Part shown: positions 1 through 11,163 of the stretch, one piece after another
How the letters are laid out: the number at the start of each line of letters is the position of its first letter
How positions within the stretch are numbered: position 1 is the first letter of the stretch
DNA from: an uncultured Gammaproteobacteria bacterium
GTDB lineage: Bacteria > Pseudomonadota > Gammaproteobacteria > DRLM01
Length of the DNA: 64,000 nt
Direction of reading: 5' to 3'
NCBI GenBank assembly: GCA_963729605.1
Contig: CAVSNY010000005.1
Location: 1 to 64,000 of the forward strand
Program-made: the position numbers and the translations under genes
Notes under the pieces: model-generated
The model's database searches: none
Told to the model about the DNA's origin: nothing
Seen by the model: only the letters and a program-made list of their open reading frames with translations

Positions 1-72
1 ACCGCGTCCGGGCCCGTGTCTGTGCCCGGGCCTGTGCCCGGGCCTGTGCCTCGGTGACGTGGCAGGGAAGCG

Positions 73-899
73 CTACTCGGAGTCGGACCAGCAGCTTCGA
101 GGAGACCTCGTCCGGGACCCGTTCGTAGTGGGCGAACGCGCGGGTGAACCACGCCGAGCCGTGGGAGAGGGAGCGCAGCTCGGCGGCATAGCGGCGCAGC
201 TCCAGCTGGGGCACCTGCGCCCTCACCACGACCATGCCGGGCGCGGTCGCGGGCTCGCTGCCCAGGACCCTTCCCCGACGCGCGGACAGGTCCCCCATGA
301 TCGTGCCGACCAGACCGTCCGCGACGACCACCTCCACCTCGTCGACGGGCTCGAGCAGACACGTCCCCGCTTCTGCGTCGCGGCGTCGCGCAGCGCCAGG
401 CCACCGGCCGTCTGGAACGCCATGTCGGAGGAGTCGACGCTGTGGGCCTTGCCGTCGGTCAGGGTCACCCTGAGGTCGACCGTCGGGCACCCGCTCACGA
501 CCCCCGTGGCCCATCTGCGCCCGGACCCCCTTCTCGACCGAGGGGATGAACTGCCGGGGGCACGGCACCTCCGACGACGCGGTCGACGAACTCGAACCCG
601 CCGCCCTGCGGAAGGGGCTCGACCTCGATGCTGCACACGGCGTACTGCCCGTGCCCTCCGCTCTGCTTGACGTGCCGGCCGTGGCCGGTCGCCGGGCCCC
701 ACGAACGTCTCGCGGAGGGGCACCCGGACCTCGACCTCCTCGACGCCGACGCCGTAGCGGGTCGCGAGCCGGTCGAGCAGCACGTCCGCGTGGGCCTCGC
801 CCATCGTCCACAGCACGACCTGGTGGGTCTCCTTCGTTGTGCTCGACCCGCAGCGTCGGGTCCTCGGCGGCCAGTCGTTGGAGTCCTGGGCCGAGCCTG
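73..899 (-). pseudogene. C-terminal fragment of an EF-G-like protein (EF-G2/FusA2 type), frameshifted; probably foreign chimeric sequence
   Basis: [16 protein letters not shown]...RVPLRETF and VDLRVTLTDGKAHSVDSSDMAFQTAG resemble EF-G domains III-IV; the similarity switches frames; very high GC; abuts adapter-like junction. Confidence 0.7.
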
Positions 900-946
900 A
901 GCAATACGTACATGTTCTCCAGGCGCGCCGAACTCATCGTATTGCT
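900..946. other. Probable Nanopore ligation-adapter remnants at a chimeric junction
   Basis: AGCAATACGTA at 900-910 and CGTATTGCT at 938-946 match the adapter end TACGTATTGCT in both orientations; genes on both sides are cut here. Confidence 0.8.
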
Positions 947-2042
947 AACCGTAATCGACCAGATTCTGTTTGCGCGAGCGGTCGCCTTTATACATCGCTC
1001 CCACTTGCGAAATGGAGACGTGGCTTTCGTCGATGACCATCAGCGCATCACGCGGCAGATAATCAAGCAAGGTCGCCGGCGCCTCGCCCGCCGCACGGCC
1101 GGCGAGATGGCGCGAATAATTTTCGATGCCCGGGCAATGGCCCAGTTCCACCAGCATCTCGATATCGAGCTTGGTGCGTTCTTCGAGGCGCTGCGCTTCC
1201 ACCAGCTTGTTCGCCTCGCGCAGTTGCGGCAGCCGCTCGGCGAGTTCGGCCTTGATCAACTCGACCGCCTCGAGCACCTTCTCGCGCGGCGTCACATAAT
1301 GGCTCTTGGGATAAATCGTGATACGCGGCAGTTTGCGAATCACTTCGCCGGTCAGCGGATCGAACAGGCTGATGTTTTCCACCTCCTCGTCGAACAGCTC
1401 CACGCGCACGGCCTCGGCCTCCGACTCGGCCGGGAAGATGTCGATGACCTCGCCGCGCACGCGGTACGTGGCGCGCCGCAGCTCGACGTCGTTGCGCGCG
1501 TATTGCAGCTCTGCGAGCCGGCGTAGGATGTCGCGCTGATTGACGATGTCGCCGCGCGACAGGTGCAGCACCATGCTGTGGTACGACGCGGGGTCGCCCA
1601 AACCGTAGATGCACGACACCGTGGCGACGATGATGACGTCGCGCCGCTCCATCAGCGCCTTGGTGGCCGACAAGCGCATCTGCTCGATGTGCTCGTTGAT
1701 CGAGGCGTCTTTCTCTATATAGGTATCCGAGGACGGCACATAGGCCTCGGGCTGGTAGTAGTCGTAATACGAGACGAAGTATTCCACGGCGTTATTGGGG
1801 AAGAACTCCCGCATCTCGCCGTAGAGCTGGGCGGCCAGGGTCTTGTTGGGCGCCAGGATCAGCGCCGGCCGCTGCACCCGCTGGATGACGTTGGCGATGG
1901 TGTAGGTCTTGCCCGAGCCGGTGACCCCCAGCAAAGTCTGGCCGGCCAAGCCGTTCTCCAAGCCCTCGACGAGGGTGCGGATGGCTTCGGGCTGGTCGCC
2001 AGCGGGGGCGAAATGGGCGGAAATCTCAAAAGTTTTGGTCAT
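945..2042 (-). CDS. uvrB: Excinuclease ABC subunit B, N-terminal 365 aa only (truncated at junction)
   Basis: GVTGSGKT Walker [27 protein letters not shown]; ends at LVDYG where UvrB normally continues FRLPSA. Confidence 0.95.
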   Translation of the reverse strand: MTKTFEISAHFAPAGDQPEAIRTLVEGLENGLAGQTLLGVTGSGKTYTIANVIQRVQRPALILAPNKTLAAQLYGEMREFFPNNAVEYFVSYYDYYQPEAYVPSSDTYIEKDASINEHIEQMRLSATKALMERRDVIIVATVSCIYGLGDPASYHSMVLHLSRGDIVNQRDILRRLAELQYARNDVELRRATYRVRGEVIDIFPAESEAEAVRVELFDEEVENISLFDPLTGEVIRKLPRITIYPKSHYVTPREKVLEAVELIKAELAERLPQLREANKLVEAQRLEERTKLDIEMLVELGHCPGIENYSRHLAGRAAGEAPATLLDYLPRDALMVIDESHVSISQVGAMYKGDRSRKQNLVDYG

Positions 2043-2110
2043 GGGGATTCAGTGAAAAGCGGCATTCAAGTATAGTACGCATCCTGTTTGGACCTGAACT
2101 GGAAAAGAAA

Positions 2111-3298
2111 TTGGACGTTTTATTATCCACCCGCGTGCAGCGCATCAAGCCCTCGCCCACCCTCGCCATCACCGCCCGTGCCGCGGCGTTACGCGCGGCG
2201 GGCAAAGACATCATCGGTCTCGGCGCGGGCGAGCCGGACTTCGATACCCCCGACCATATCAAACAGGCGGCGATCAAGGCCATCGAGTCCGGTTTCACCA
2301 AATATACCGACGTGGGCGGGACGCCCGAGCTGCGGCGTGCGGTGGCCGCCAAATTCGCGCGCGAAAATAAACTCGACTATAAGCCCAACCAGATCCTGGT
2401 CTCGGTGGGCGGCAAGCAGAGCTTTTTCAATCTGGTGCAGGCCCTGCTGAATCCGGGCGACGAGGTCATCATCCCCGCGCCCTACTGGGTGTCCTATCCG
2501 GACATGGTGCTGCTGGCCGACGGCATCCCGGTAGTGATTTATGCGGGCATCGAGCAGGAATTCAAGATCACCCCCGCCCAACTGGAGGCGGCCATCACGC
2601 CGATGACCCGGCTGGTGGTGATCAACAGCCCCTCCAATCCCACCGGGGTGGCCTATACCCGTGAAGAACTCACGGCCCTGGGCGAGGTGCTGCGCCGCCA
2701 TCCCAAGGTGCTAATCGCCACCGACGATATGTACGAACACGTCCTCTGGACCGAGCAGCCTTTCGTCAACATCCTCAATACCTGCCCGGATTTATACGAA
2801 CGCGGCATCGTCCTCAACGGCGTCTCCAAGGCCTATGCCATGACCGGCTGGCGCATCGGCTATGCCGCCGGCCCGGCCCCGCTGATCGAGGCCATGAAGA
2901 ATATCCAGTCGCAAAGCACCTCCAACCCCACCTCCATCTCCCAGGTCGCGGCCCAGGCGGCCCTGGAGGGCGACCAGTCCTTCATCCCCCGGATGTGCAA
3001 GGCCTTTAAAGAACGGCATGACTACATCGTGGGCGAACTGAACGGCATCGCCGGGGTGCGCTGCCTGCCCGGCCAGGGCACGTTTTACACCCTGCCCCAG
3101 GTCGAGGGCTTGATTAACCGTACCCCCGGGGTGAATAATGACGTCGAATTGGCCGAACATCTCATGAATGAGGCGGGGGTGGCGCTGGTACCGGGCTCGG
3201 CCTTCGGTGCACCCGGTTATTTACGCCTGTCCTTCGCCACCGACATGGCCACCTTGCAGGAAGCACTCCGTCGAATCAAAACCGTGCTGAATAATTAA
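2111..3298 (+). CDS. Class I PLP-dependent (aspartate-type) aminotransferase
   Basis: GEPDFDTP, NSPSNPTG, SKAYAMTGWRIGY PLP-lysine motif. Confidence 0.93.
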   Translation: MDVLLSTRVQRIKPSPTLAITARAAALRAAGKDIIGLGAGEPDFDTPDHIKQAAIKAIESGFTKYTDVGGTPELRRAVAAKFARENKLDYKPNQILVSVGGKQSFFNLVQALLNPGDEVIIPAPYWVSYPDMVLLADGIPVVIYAGIEQEFKITPAQLEAAITPMTRLVVINSPSNPTGVAYTREELTALGEVLRRHPKVLIATDDMYEHVLWTEQPFVNILNTCPDLYERGIVLNGVSKAYAMTGWRIGYAAGPAPLIEAMKNIQSQSTSNPTSISQVAAQAALEGDQSFIPRMCKAFKERHDYIVGELNGIAGVRCLPGQGTFYTLPQVEGLINRTPGVNNDVELAEHLMNEAGVALVPGSAFGAPGYLRLSFATDMATLQEALRRIKTVLNN

Positions 3299-3328
3299 AA
3301 GCGGCCTCAGGCCCGCAAGGGGGGAAAC

Positions 3329-3871
3329 ATGGCGAATCCAACTACCATCCGTCATCGCAGACAATACGGCTTCACCCTGGTGGAGGCCATGATCACCCTG
3401 GCCATCGCCGCCATCCTCTTCGCCTGGGCCGTGCCTTCGCTGCAAGACTTCGTTACGCGTAATCGGATGAGCACCGAAGTCAATTATTTCGTGGCCTCGC
3501 TTTATTTGGCGCGGAGTGAATCGGTAAAACGCCTACGAAGCGCTCGACTCTGCCCCACTACCGACGGAACCAGCTGCGCCAATAACAGCAATTGGCATCA
3601 AGGCTGGATGGTCTTTGCCGACACCAATGGCAACAATGTCTTTGACAATGGTGTCGATACAGTACTGCAACAAAATCCCGTATTACCCGCCCGTTTTCAA
3701 GTCACCGGCAACCGGAACGTAATCGCTTTTCAACCCAATGGTCAATCGGCAGGATTCAATGACACTTTCTGCTTTCGGGATACCGGCAATGTAGCAAACA
3801 CTCGGCGTGTAGTCCTCTCCAATCAAGGGCGGGTCCGTACCGAGCAGCTAGGCATAGGGGATAACTGCTAA
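3329..3871 (+). CDS. fimT: FimT/GspH-family type IV minor pilin
   Basis: Prepilin motif GFTLVEAM plus hydrophobic helix; ARSESVKR; C-terminal GRVR. Confidence 0.85.
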   Translation: MANPTTIRHRRQYGFTLVEAMITLAIAAILFAWAVPSLQDFVTRNRMSTEVNYFVASLYLARSESVKRLRSARLCPTTDGTSCANNSNWHQGWMVFADTNGNNVFDNGVDTVLQQNPVLPARFQVTGNRNVIAFQPNGQSAGFNDTFCFRDTGNVANTRRVVLSNQGRVRTEQLGIGDNC

Positions 3872-3899
3872 ACTTGGTTCTTGACCGCCCTCCGCTAAG

Positions 3900-3995
3900 A
3901 CAAACTATCTCAAAGTTGGAATATAGGCCCCAAACCGGATTAATGCGTGTCATTCTTGCCCCCCTCTCCCGCCTGCGGGAGAAAGGATTAGTGAT
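3900..3995. repeat. Partial MITE/REP element (family A)
   Basis: CTATCTCAAA...CCCAAACCGGA...GTCATTC...CCCCTCTCCC aligns by eye with 29588-29670. Confidence 0.6.
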
Positions 3996-4257
3996 GAATC
4001 ACCGCTCACAAAAAACCGTACGGAAACTCCGAGGCTTTTTTTATTATTAACCCGGTGGTGAAAAGCCGTCCCTATCCCGTTGGAAATGAGGCGACGCCGA
4101 GAGGGGACACTTCAGTTAGACCTATTTTGATGCCGGATGAATAATCGTAACATCGCGAAGCAGCGACGGTACCAAGACCTTTAGGTGGCTTTCGTTACCC
4201 CGTTTTTTTTCGAGTACACTGCCTGTCAGCAATTCAGCATCATAAGGAGCAACAGAC

Positions 4258-5370
4258 ATGGACGTCCGCGCCGCGATCGCCTACGAGGCTGGCCAGCCGC
4301 TGGTTATCGACACCGTTCGACTCGACGGGCCGCAGGCCGGTGAAGTGCTGGTCGAAATTAAAGCCACCGGCCTTTGCCATACCGACGCCTACACACTGTC
4401 CGGCGCCGATCCCGAAGGGCTGTTTCCCGCCATCCTCGGCCATGAGGGCGCCGGCGTGGTGGTCGAGGTCGGCCCCGGCGTGAAGAGTTTGAAAAAAGGC
4501 GATCACGTCATTCCTCTGTACGTCCCCGAATGCCGCGAATGCGAATACTGCACGTCGCATAAGACCAATCTCTGCCAGGCCATCCGCGTCACTCAGGGCC
4601 AGGGCTTGATGCCCAACGGCAGCAGCCGCTTTTCGCTCGGCGGCAAGAAAATTCATCACTACATGGGCACCTCGACCTTCGCCAATTACACCGTGGTGCC
4701 GGAGATCGCCCTCGCCAAAATCCGCGCGGACGCGCCGTTCGACAAGGTCTGCTACATCGGCTGCGGCGTCACCACCGGCATCGGCGCGGTGATCAACACC
4801 GCCAAAGTGGAAGCGGGCGCCAACGTCGTGGTATTCGGTCTCGGCGGCATCGGCCTCAACGTGATTCAAGGTGCGCGGTTGGCGGGCGCCGACATGATCG
4901 TCGGCGTCGACATCAATCCCGCACGCCAGGCGCTCGCGGAAAAATTCGGCATGACCCACTTCGTCAATCCGAAGGACATGGCCGACAACGAACTGGTGCC
5001 CTATCTCGTCAATCTCACCAAAGGCGGCGCGGATTACAGCTTCGAGTGCGTCGGCAGCGTCAAGCTGATGCGCCAGGCATTGGAGTGTTGCCACAAGGGC
5101 TGGGGCGTGTCGGTGATCATCGGCGTGGCGCCGGCCGGCGCGGAGATCGCGACGCGGCCGTTTCAGCTGGTCACCGGCCGGGTCTGGAAAGGCAGCGCCT
5201 TCGGCGGCGCGCGCGGGCGCACCGACGTGCCGAAGATCGTCGATTGGTATATGGACGGCAAGATCAATATCGACGATCTCATCACCCACACGTTCAAACT
5301 CGAAGACATCAATCAGGGTTTCGATCTCATGCACGAGGGCAAGTCGATACGCTCGGTGGTGGTTTACTAG
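4258..5370 (+). CDS. frmA: S-(hydroxymethyl)glutathione dehydrogenase / class III alcohol dehydrogenase
   Basis: GLCHTDAYTLSGADPEG, GHEGAG, structural Zn cysteines, TRPFQLVTGRVW; AGGAG RBS. Confidence 0.96.
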   Translation: MDVRAAIAYEAGQPLVIDTVRLDGPQAGEVLVEIKATGLCHTDAYTLSGADPEGLFPAILGHEGAGVVVEVGPGVKSLKKGDHVIPLYVPECRECEYCTSHKTNLCQAIRVTQGQGLMPNGSSRFSLGGKKIHHYMGTSTFANYTVVPEIALAKIRADAPFDKVCYIGCGVTTGIGAVINTAKVEAGANVVVFGLGGIGLNVIQGARLAGADMIVGVDINPARQALAEKFGMTHFVNPKDMADNELVPYLVNLTKGGADYSFECVGSVKLMRQALECCHKGWGVSVIIGVAPAGAEIATRPFQLVTGRVWKGSAFGGARGRTDVPKIVDWYMDGKINIDDLITHTFKLEDINQGFDLMHEGKSIRSVVVY

Positions 5371-5421
5371 AATCCACACACAATGAATCACCGCGTTTTT
5401 TGAATAGGTCCTCCGCCCTCA

Positions 5422-5553
5422 TCCCCCCTCTCCCCAACCCCTCTCCCACGAGGGGAGAGGGGTAAAGAGGGCTGCGTGGTCGTTAAAAACGTCCCCCCTC
5501 CTCCTGGCGGGAGAGGGATAGGGAGCGGGGGAATGATTTTGAGATAGGTTCTA
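5422..5553. repeat. REP-like palindrome pair with TTTTGAGATAGGTTCTA end (family A)
   Basis: Two CCCCTCTCCC...GGGAGAGGG hairpins in the frmA-fghA spacer. Confidence 0.75.
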
Positions 5554-5660
5554 AAGAGACTTCAACGCAAAGACGCGAAGAAATCCTTCAGGGCGTCACT
5601 CTTCCGATGGAAAAAACGCGCTCGCCGATGCCGGGTAATAGCACTTGAGAAGACATAGCC

Positions 5661-6509
5661 ATGACCCTACAGACCCTCAGCGAACACCAATGCTTCGACG
5701 GCGTGCAAGGCTATTACAGTCACGACTCGCGCGAGATCGGCTTGCCGATGCGTTTCTCGGTGTACCAGCCGCCGCAGGCGCGCGATCGCCCGGTGCCGGT
5801 GCTGTTTTATTTCGCCGGATTGACTTGCACCGAAGAGACCTTCGCGATCAAGGCCGGCGCCCAGCGTATCGCCGCGCAGTACGGCCTGATGCTGGTCGCG
5901 CCGGACACCAGTCCGCGCGGCGCGCGGATTCCCGGTGAAGACGACGCCTGGGATTTCGGGACGGGCGCGGGATTTTACGTCGATGCCACCCGGGCGCCGT
6001 GGGCGCGCCATTACCGTATGTACAGTTACGTGGCGCGTGAACTGCCGGAGGTGATCGCCACGCACTTTCCAGCGGATGGCGAGCGGCTAGGCCTCTTCGG
6101 TCATTCGATGGGAGGCCACGGCGCCTTGGTGATCGCGTTGCGTAACCCGGAGCGGTTCCGTTCACTCTCGGCCTTCGCGCCGATCTGCGCGCCGAGCCGT
6201 TGCCCTTGGGGACAAAAGGCCTTCAGCGCTTATCTGGGCGAAGATCGCGATGCGTGGCGCGATTATGACGCGAGCGAACTGGTGAGGCATGCCCGGTTTA
6301 ATGGACCGATTCTGATCGACCAAGGTCTGGCCGACCAATTTCTCGCCGAGCAGTTGTATCCCGAGGTCTTCGAGGCCGCCTGCCACGACGCCGGCCAAGC
6401 CCTCACCCTGCGCCGTCATGCCGGTTATGATCACGGCTATTTCTTTATCTCGACTTTCATCGAAGATCATCTGCGCCATCACGCGACGCAGTTGGGGGTA
6501 AAAATTTAA
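5661..6509 (+). CDS. fghA: S-formylglutathione hydrolase
   Basis: GLTCTEE, WDFGTGAGFY, GHSMGGHG nucleophile motif, GYDHGYFF. Confidence 0.95.
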   Translation: MTLQTLSEHQCFDGVQGYYSHDSREIGLPMRFSVYQPPQARDRPVPVLFYFAGLTCTEETFAIKAGAQRIAAQYGLMLVAPDTSPRGARIPGEDDAWDFGTGAGFYVDATRAPWARHYRMYSYVARELPEVIATHFPADGERLGLFGHSMGGHGALVIALRNPERFRSLSAFAPICAPSRCPWGQKAFSAYLGEDRDAWRDYDASELVRHARFNGPILIDQGLADQFLAEQLYPEVFEAACHDAGQALTLRRHAGYDHGYFFISTFIEDHLRHHATQLGVKI

Positions 6510-6608
6510 ACTATACGCTGAGGCTGCAAATCGCCGCGTGGTTTCCGTGAGGTTGAGGTGGAAGGGAAAAATCCGATTTCGCGGTCGCTTCTCCTGGCTA
6601 AAGAGCAA

Positions 6609-6653
6609 ACCACCGGGCCCTGTGGGCCATCCTTTCTTGGAACAAGGAGGGGA
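6609..6653. repeat. REP-like palindrome (family B)
   Basis: ACCACCGGGCCCTGTGGGCC...AAGGAGGGGA; similar copies at 37579 and 40676-40809. Confidence 0.7.
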
Positions 6654-6760
6654 TAACATCATAAACAGCGGCCGCCGCATGGGCCAACCCTTGATAGTCC
6701 TGATGCGGCGATCAAACTCAACCGAGTCCCCGGCCAAGCCGGGGACTCCAATGGATTACA

Positions 6761-7630
6761 TCACTGCTTGGTCAGCGCCATCGACAACGGGGTCTGCTGA
6801 ATACCGGCGATATACCAGTTGGCGTTGGACTCATTCAGTGAACGCTGCACGTGCCAGATTTCGTCGAAGGATTCCAGCGGCCCGTTGGCCTCTTCCCGAA
6901 GCTGGCCGGTGTAGCGCACGCTGGCGGTGACCAGATCGCCCGCGGTGACCACATCCAGCACCTGCGCGTCCACGCTGAGCACTTCGGTATGTTGGGGGGC
7001 ATCGCCCCTTTCCTGGAGTTGCAGACTGATCTCGGCGTACACCTCCGGCGTGGTGTATTCGCGGATATCGTTCAGATCCTTCGCATCATTGGCGGCTTGC
7101 AGGCGGATGAAGTGGCCCTTGGCGAGCCGCGTGAAATTCTCTTCGTTGAACCAAGACGGGCGCGTGTTAAAAGCCCGTGCTCCGCCGCCGCCAAAACCGC
7201 CAGCGGTTTGCTCAGGCAACGCGTCCAGCGCCGGTCCATGCGCGGCGTACTGCATATTATTCATGGCTTGCGCGGGACGCGGGCGGCGCATGGCCCGTAT
7301 CACGAAGAAGATCAGCGCGGCGATCCCGAGCAGCATCAGGATATCCATGAACTTGATACCCTCGAAGGCGCCGCCCATGAACATCGCGGCCAGCAGACCA
7401 CCCGCCGCCAGACCGGCCAAGGGTCCCAGCCAGCGGTTACCCGCGGGCGCGCCCGCGGCGGGAGCGGCCGACTGAGCGGGCGGCGCCTTGGGCGCCATCT
7501 GCTGATCCATATTCTGTCGTTGTTGGCCAAAACTCTTGCCGCCGCCAAAACGTTTGGCCTCGGCGTAGTTGACGAACAACAGACTACTGCTGAGCAGGGT
7601 GACGAGAAACAATTGGATGAATCGAGACAT
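6761..7630 (-). CDS. Tim44-like domain membrane protein
   Basis: Signal peptide then AKRFGGGKSFG, GLAAGGLL TM region, FIRLQAA, FDEIWH, WYIAGIQQ. Confidence 0.88.
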   Translation of the reverse strand: MSRFIQLFLVTLLSSSLLFVNYAEAKRFGGGKSFGQQRQNMDQQMAPKAPPAQSAAPAAGAPAGNRWLGPLAGLAAGGLLAAMFMGGAFEGIKFMDILMLLGIAALIFFVIRAMRRPRPAQAMNNMQYAAHGPALDALPEQTAGGFGGGGARAFNTRPSWFNEENFTRLAKGHFIRLQAANDAKDLNDIREYTTPEVYAEISLQLQERGDAPQHTEVLSVDAQVLDVVTAGDLVTASVRYTGQLREEANGPLESFDEIWHVQRSLNESNANWYIAGIQQTPLSMALTKQ

Positions 7631-7793
7631 GACAGACTCCGTTCGCTGTGATGGCGGCATTATACACCGGCCGGGCGGATGTGATAGTCGCGACGGCGGA
7701 GTCGGACGTTTTCCTCCTGGCCAGCGCCACGCCGCCACAATCAGAGGCGGGTGAAACCGTTGGGCAATATCCCCCGGTTAAAGTTCGGAACCC

Positions 7794-7930
7794 AGGAACC
7801 TCTGATTTATTCAGAGGTTCCTGCGACACACGGATACCGCCATTTTCAATGCCATTAGTCATTAAAAACAAAGGAAGCGAAAATCACATTTCGTTTCCCG
7901 TGCTCTGAAAACCCCAGGGTGGAATTATTC
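7794..7930 (+). mobile_element. Degenerate MITE copy (IS5-like ends)
   Basis: GGAACCTCTGATTTATTCAGAGGTTCC...GGAATTATTC; colinear with 22376-22532. Confidence 0.7.
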
Positions 7931-7954
7931 GGCGATTCCCTAAGGCCAATTCCC

Positions 7955-8143
7955 TCATTTGCTACCGCAAGTATTGACCCCGAGTATCGAATACAGAGGG
8001 CAGATTTTCACCACCCCGGTCAGCAAAGGAAGAATACCTATCCAAGCCCATACCCCCAAGACACCTGACGCCGCGCCGGCGATCAACGCAACCCCCACCC
8101 CGATACGCAAGCCCCGATCTATCGTCCCCACATTCGCTTTCAT
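7955..8143 (-). CDS. DUF2892 / YgaP-like small membrane protein
   Basis: NVGTIDRGLRI...CPLYSILGVNTC; AGAGGAG RBS. Confidence 0.9.
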   Translation of the reverse strand: MKANVGTIDRGLRIGVGVALIAGAASGVLGVWAWIGILPLLTGVVKICPLYSILGVNTCGSK

Positions 8144-8221
8144 GGCTATTACTCCTCTTTTAATGTGATTAATGTACCCAAGCAAAAGAATTCCTTCCAC
8201 CTCTGTGAATGCCCAGGCGGA

Positions 8222-9511
<1,290 letters not shown>

Positions 9512-9548
9512 CTAAATACGGTTGATTGAAAACTAATTCGCCGCCGGT

Positions 9549-10925
9549 CTAATCACGCAGCGCCTCGTTCACTTCCTGCAACTTGGCCTCGTCGAGTTCA
9601 CCGGCCGCCGCATAGACGTCGAGCCGGGCGATGAACGAGGCATAACGGGCGGCCGCGAGATCGCGCCGCACGATCTGCAAGGCCTGCTCGGCGTCCAGCA
9701 CGTCGATCGCCGGCCGCTCGCCGACGGCAAAGCCGGTCTGGTTCGCGTCCAGCCGCGCCTGCGCCGAACTCAGCGCCGCCTCGAGCGCGGCGACTTCAGC
9801 GCGCCGCGCGACCAGCGCCAGCCAGGCCTCGCGCAGCGCGCGGTTCACCTCCTGCTCCGCCGCCGCGAGCGCGGCCTGTGATTTTTTCTTGAGCAGCACC
9901 GCCTCCTGCGATTTCGCGCCGCGCATGCCGCCGGTCCACAGCGGTACGTTCACTTGCACGCCGATCACACGATCCGACGCTGTATTCACCGCGTCCGCGC
10001 CATAACCGCTGCCTGAGAGACGGTCGCCCTCGATGCGTGCGTAGGCGTCGACCGTCGGTGACAGCGCGGCGCGCAGCCGCGCGACATCGGCGTCGGCGAT
10101 GTCGATCTGCAAGCGGCTGCGTTTGACCGTGGGATTATTGTTCGCGGCGCGCCGCTGCCACGCCTCGAACGCAGCGGCGCCGCCGATGGGATCGGCGGCG
10201 GCGACCGCCGGCCGCGCCAGCCGGAAATCGCTTTTTCCCGTTAAATCCGCGAGGCGGCCGCGGCGCAGCGCGAGCTCGTTGCGCGCGCCGACCAACTGCG
10301 CGGTAATGAGATCGAAACGCGCCCGCGCATCGCTCTGGTCGGTCACCGGCGCGTCGCCGGCCTGATAACGGGCATGCGCCTGCTCCATCGCCTCGCGCGC
10401 CGCCGCCTCCAGCGCGGTCAGCGCCGCGACACCGTCTTCCGCCGCCAGCACGGCGAAATAGGCCTGCGCCACGTGCAGCATCAACGCCTGCCGCGCCGCG
10501 TCGATCGACACGCCGCCGAGTTCGGCCTGCGTACCGAGCTGGCGCGCGGCGGCGTCGCGGTCCGCGTCATAGAGGCTGTGGCTCAGCGTCAGCGACCAGC
10601 CGAGGCCAACCGCGTCGGCGTAGCGCGTGTCGAAATCGACGCCGGTCTGCGTGCCGAAGGCCGGGCTCGAAAAGCGTGCGCCGCTGACATTGCGTTCGCT
10701 GGTCTGATAACGCGCGCCGGCGCCGAGCAGCAACTGTGGTGAATCGAGTGCCGCCGCCTGCCCACGTTTCCGCTGATCGGCCTCGCCCTGGGCGAGGGTC
10801 GCGGCGTAGTCCGGATTGTGTTCCGCGGCGGCACGCCACAACGCCACGAGGTCACCTTCCGCCCGCGCCGCCGAGACGAATACCAGTGATGACAGCGCGA
10901 GGGCAATGTTGAGTAGCTTGGTCAT
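9549..10925 (-). CDS. TolC-family outer membrane efflux channel
   Basis: Signal peptide, two helical OEP repeats, VPLWTGG, GERPAIDVLDAE. Confidence 0.9.
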   Translation of the reverse strand: MTKLLNIALALSSLVFVSAARAEGDLVALWRAAAEHNPDYAATLAQGEADQRKRGQAAALDSPQLLLGAGARYQTSERNVSGARFSSPAFGTQTGVDFDTRYADAVGLGWSLTLSHSLYDADRDAAARQLGTQAELGGVSIDAARQALMLHVAQAYFAVLAAEDGVAALTALEAAAREAMEQAHARYQAGDAPVTDQSDARARFDLITAQLVGARNELALRRGRLADLTGKSDFRLARPAVAAADPIGGAAAFEAWQRRAANNNPTVKRSRLQIDIADADVARLRAALSPTVDAYARIEGDRLSGSGYGADAVNTASDRVIGVQVNVPLWTGGMRGAKSQEAVLLKKKSQAALAAAEQEVNRALREAWLALVARRAEVAALEAALSSAQARLDANQTGFAVGERPAIDVLDAEQALQIVRRDLAAARYASFIARLDVYAAAGELDEAKLQEVNEALRD

Positions 10926-10935
10926 CTCACCACAC

Positions 10936-11145
10936 TCAGCAGCCGGGCCGCACGCCAAGCTTCAACAGCATGCGCTCCATCAGGCACCAATGACTGATTC
11001 CGCTTTGCAGCAGATTGGCGCCGACGAAGGCGGTGAACCACAGCCAGTATTCGCTCACGAATATCGGGCTCGCGGGTGCGCCCAACGCGAGCGAGATCAG
11101 CACGAAGCTGCCGGCGACGACGCGGACGATTTGCCAGGATGTCAT
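10936..11145 (-). CDS. DUF2892 / YgaP-like small membrane protein
   Basis: VAGSFVLISL...FVGANLLQSGISHWC; RBS AGAGGAG. Confidence 0.88.
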   Translation of the reverse strand: MTSWQIVRVVAGSFVLISLALGAPASPIFVSEYWLWFTAFVGANLLQSGISHWCLMERMLLKLGVRPGC

Positions 11146-11163
11146 GGTATGTCTCCTCTTGAA

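Noticed and set aside
945-2042. uvrB as a genuine pseudogene
   Set aside because: The stop codon is created by the adapter-like junction and the rest of the ORF shows no decay.
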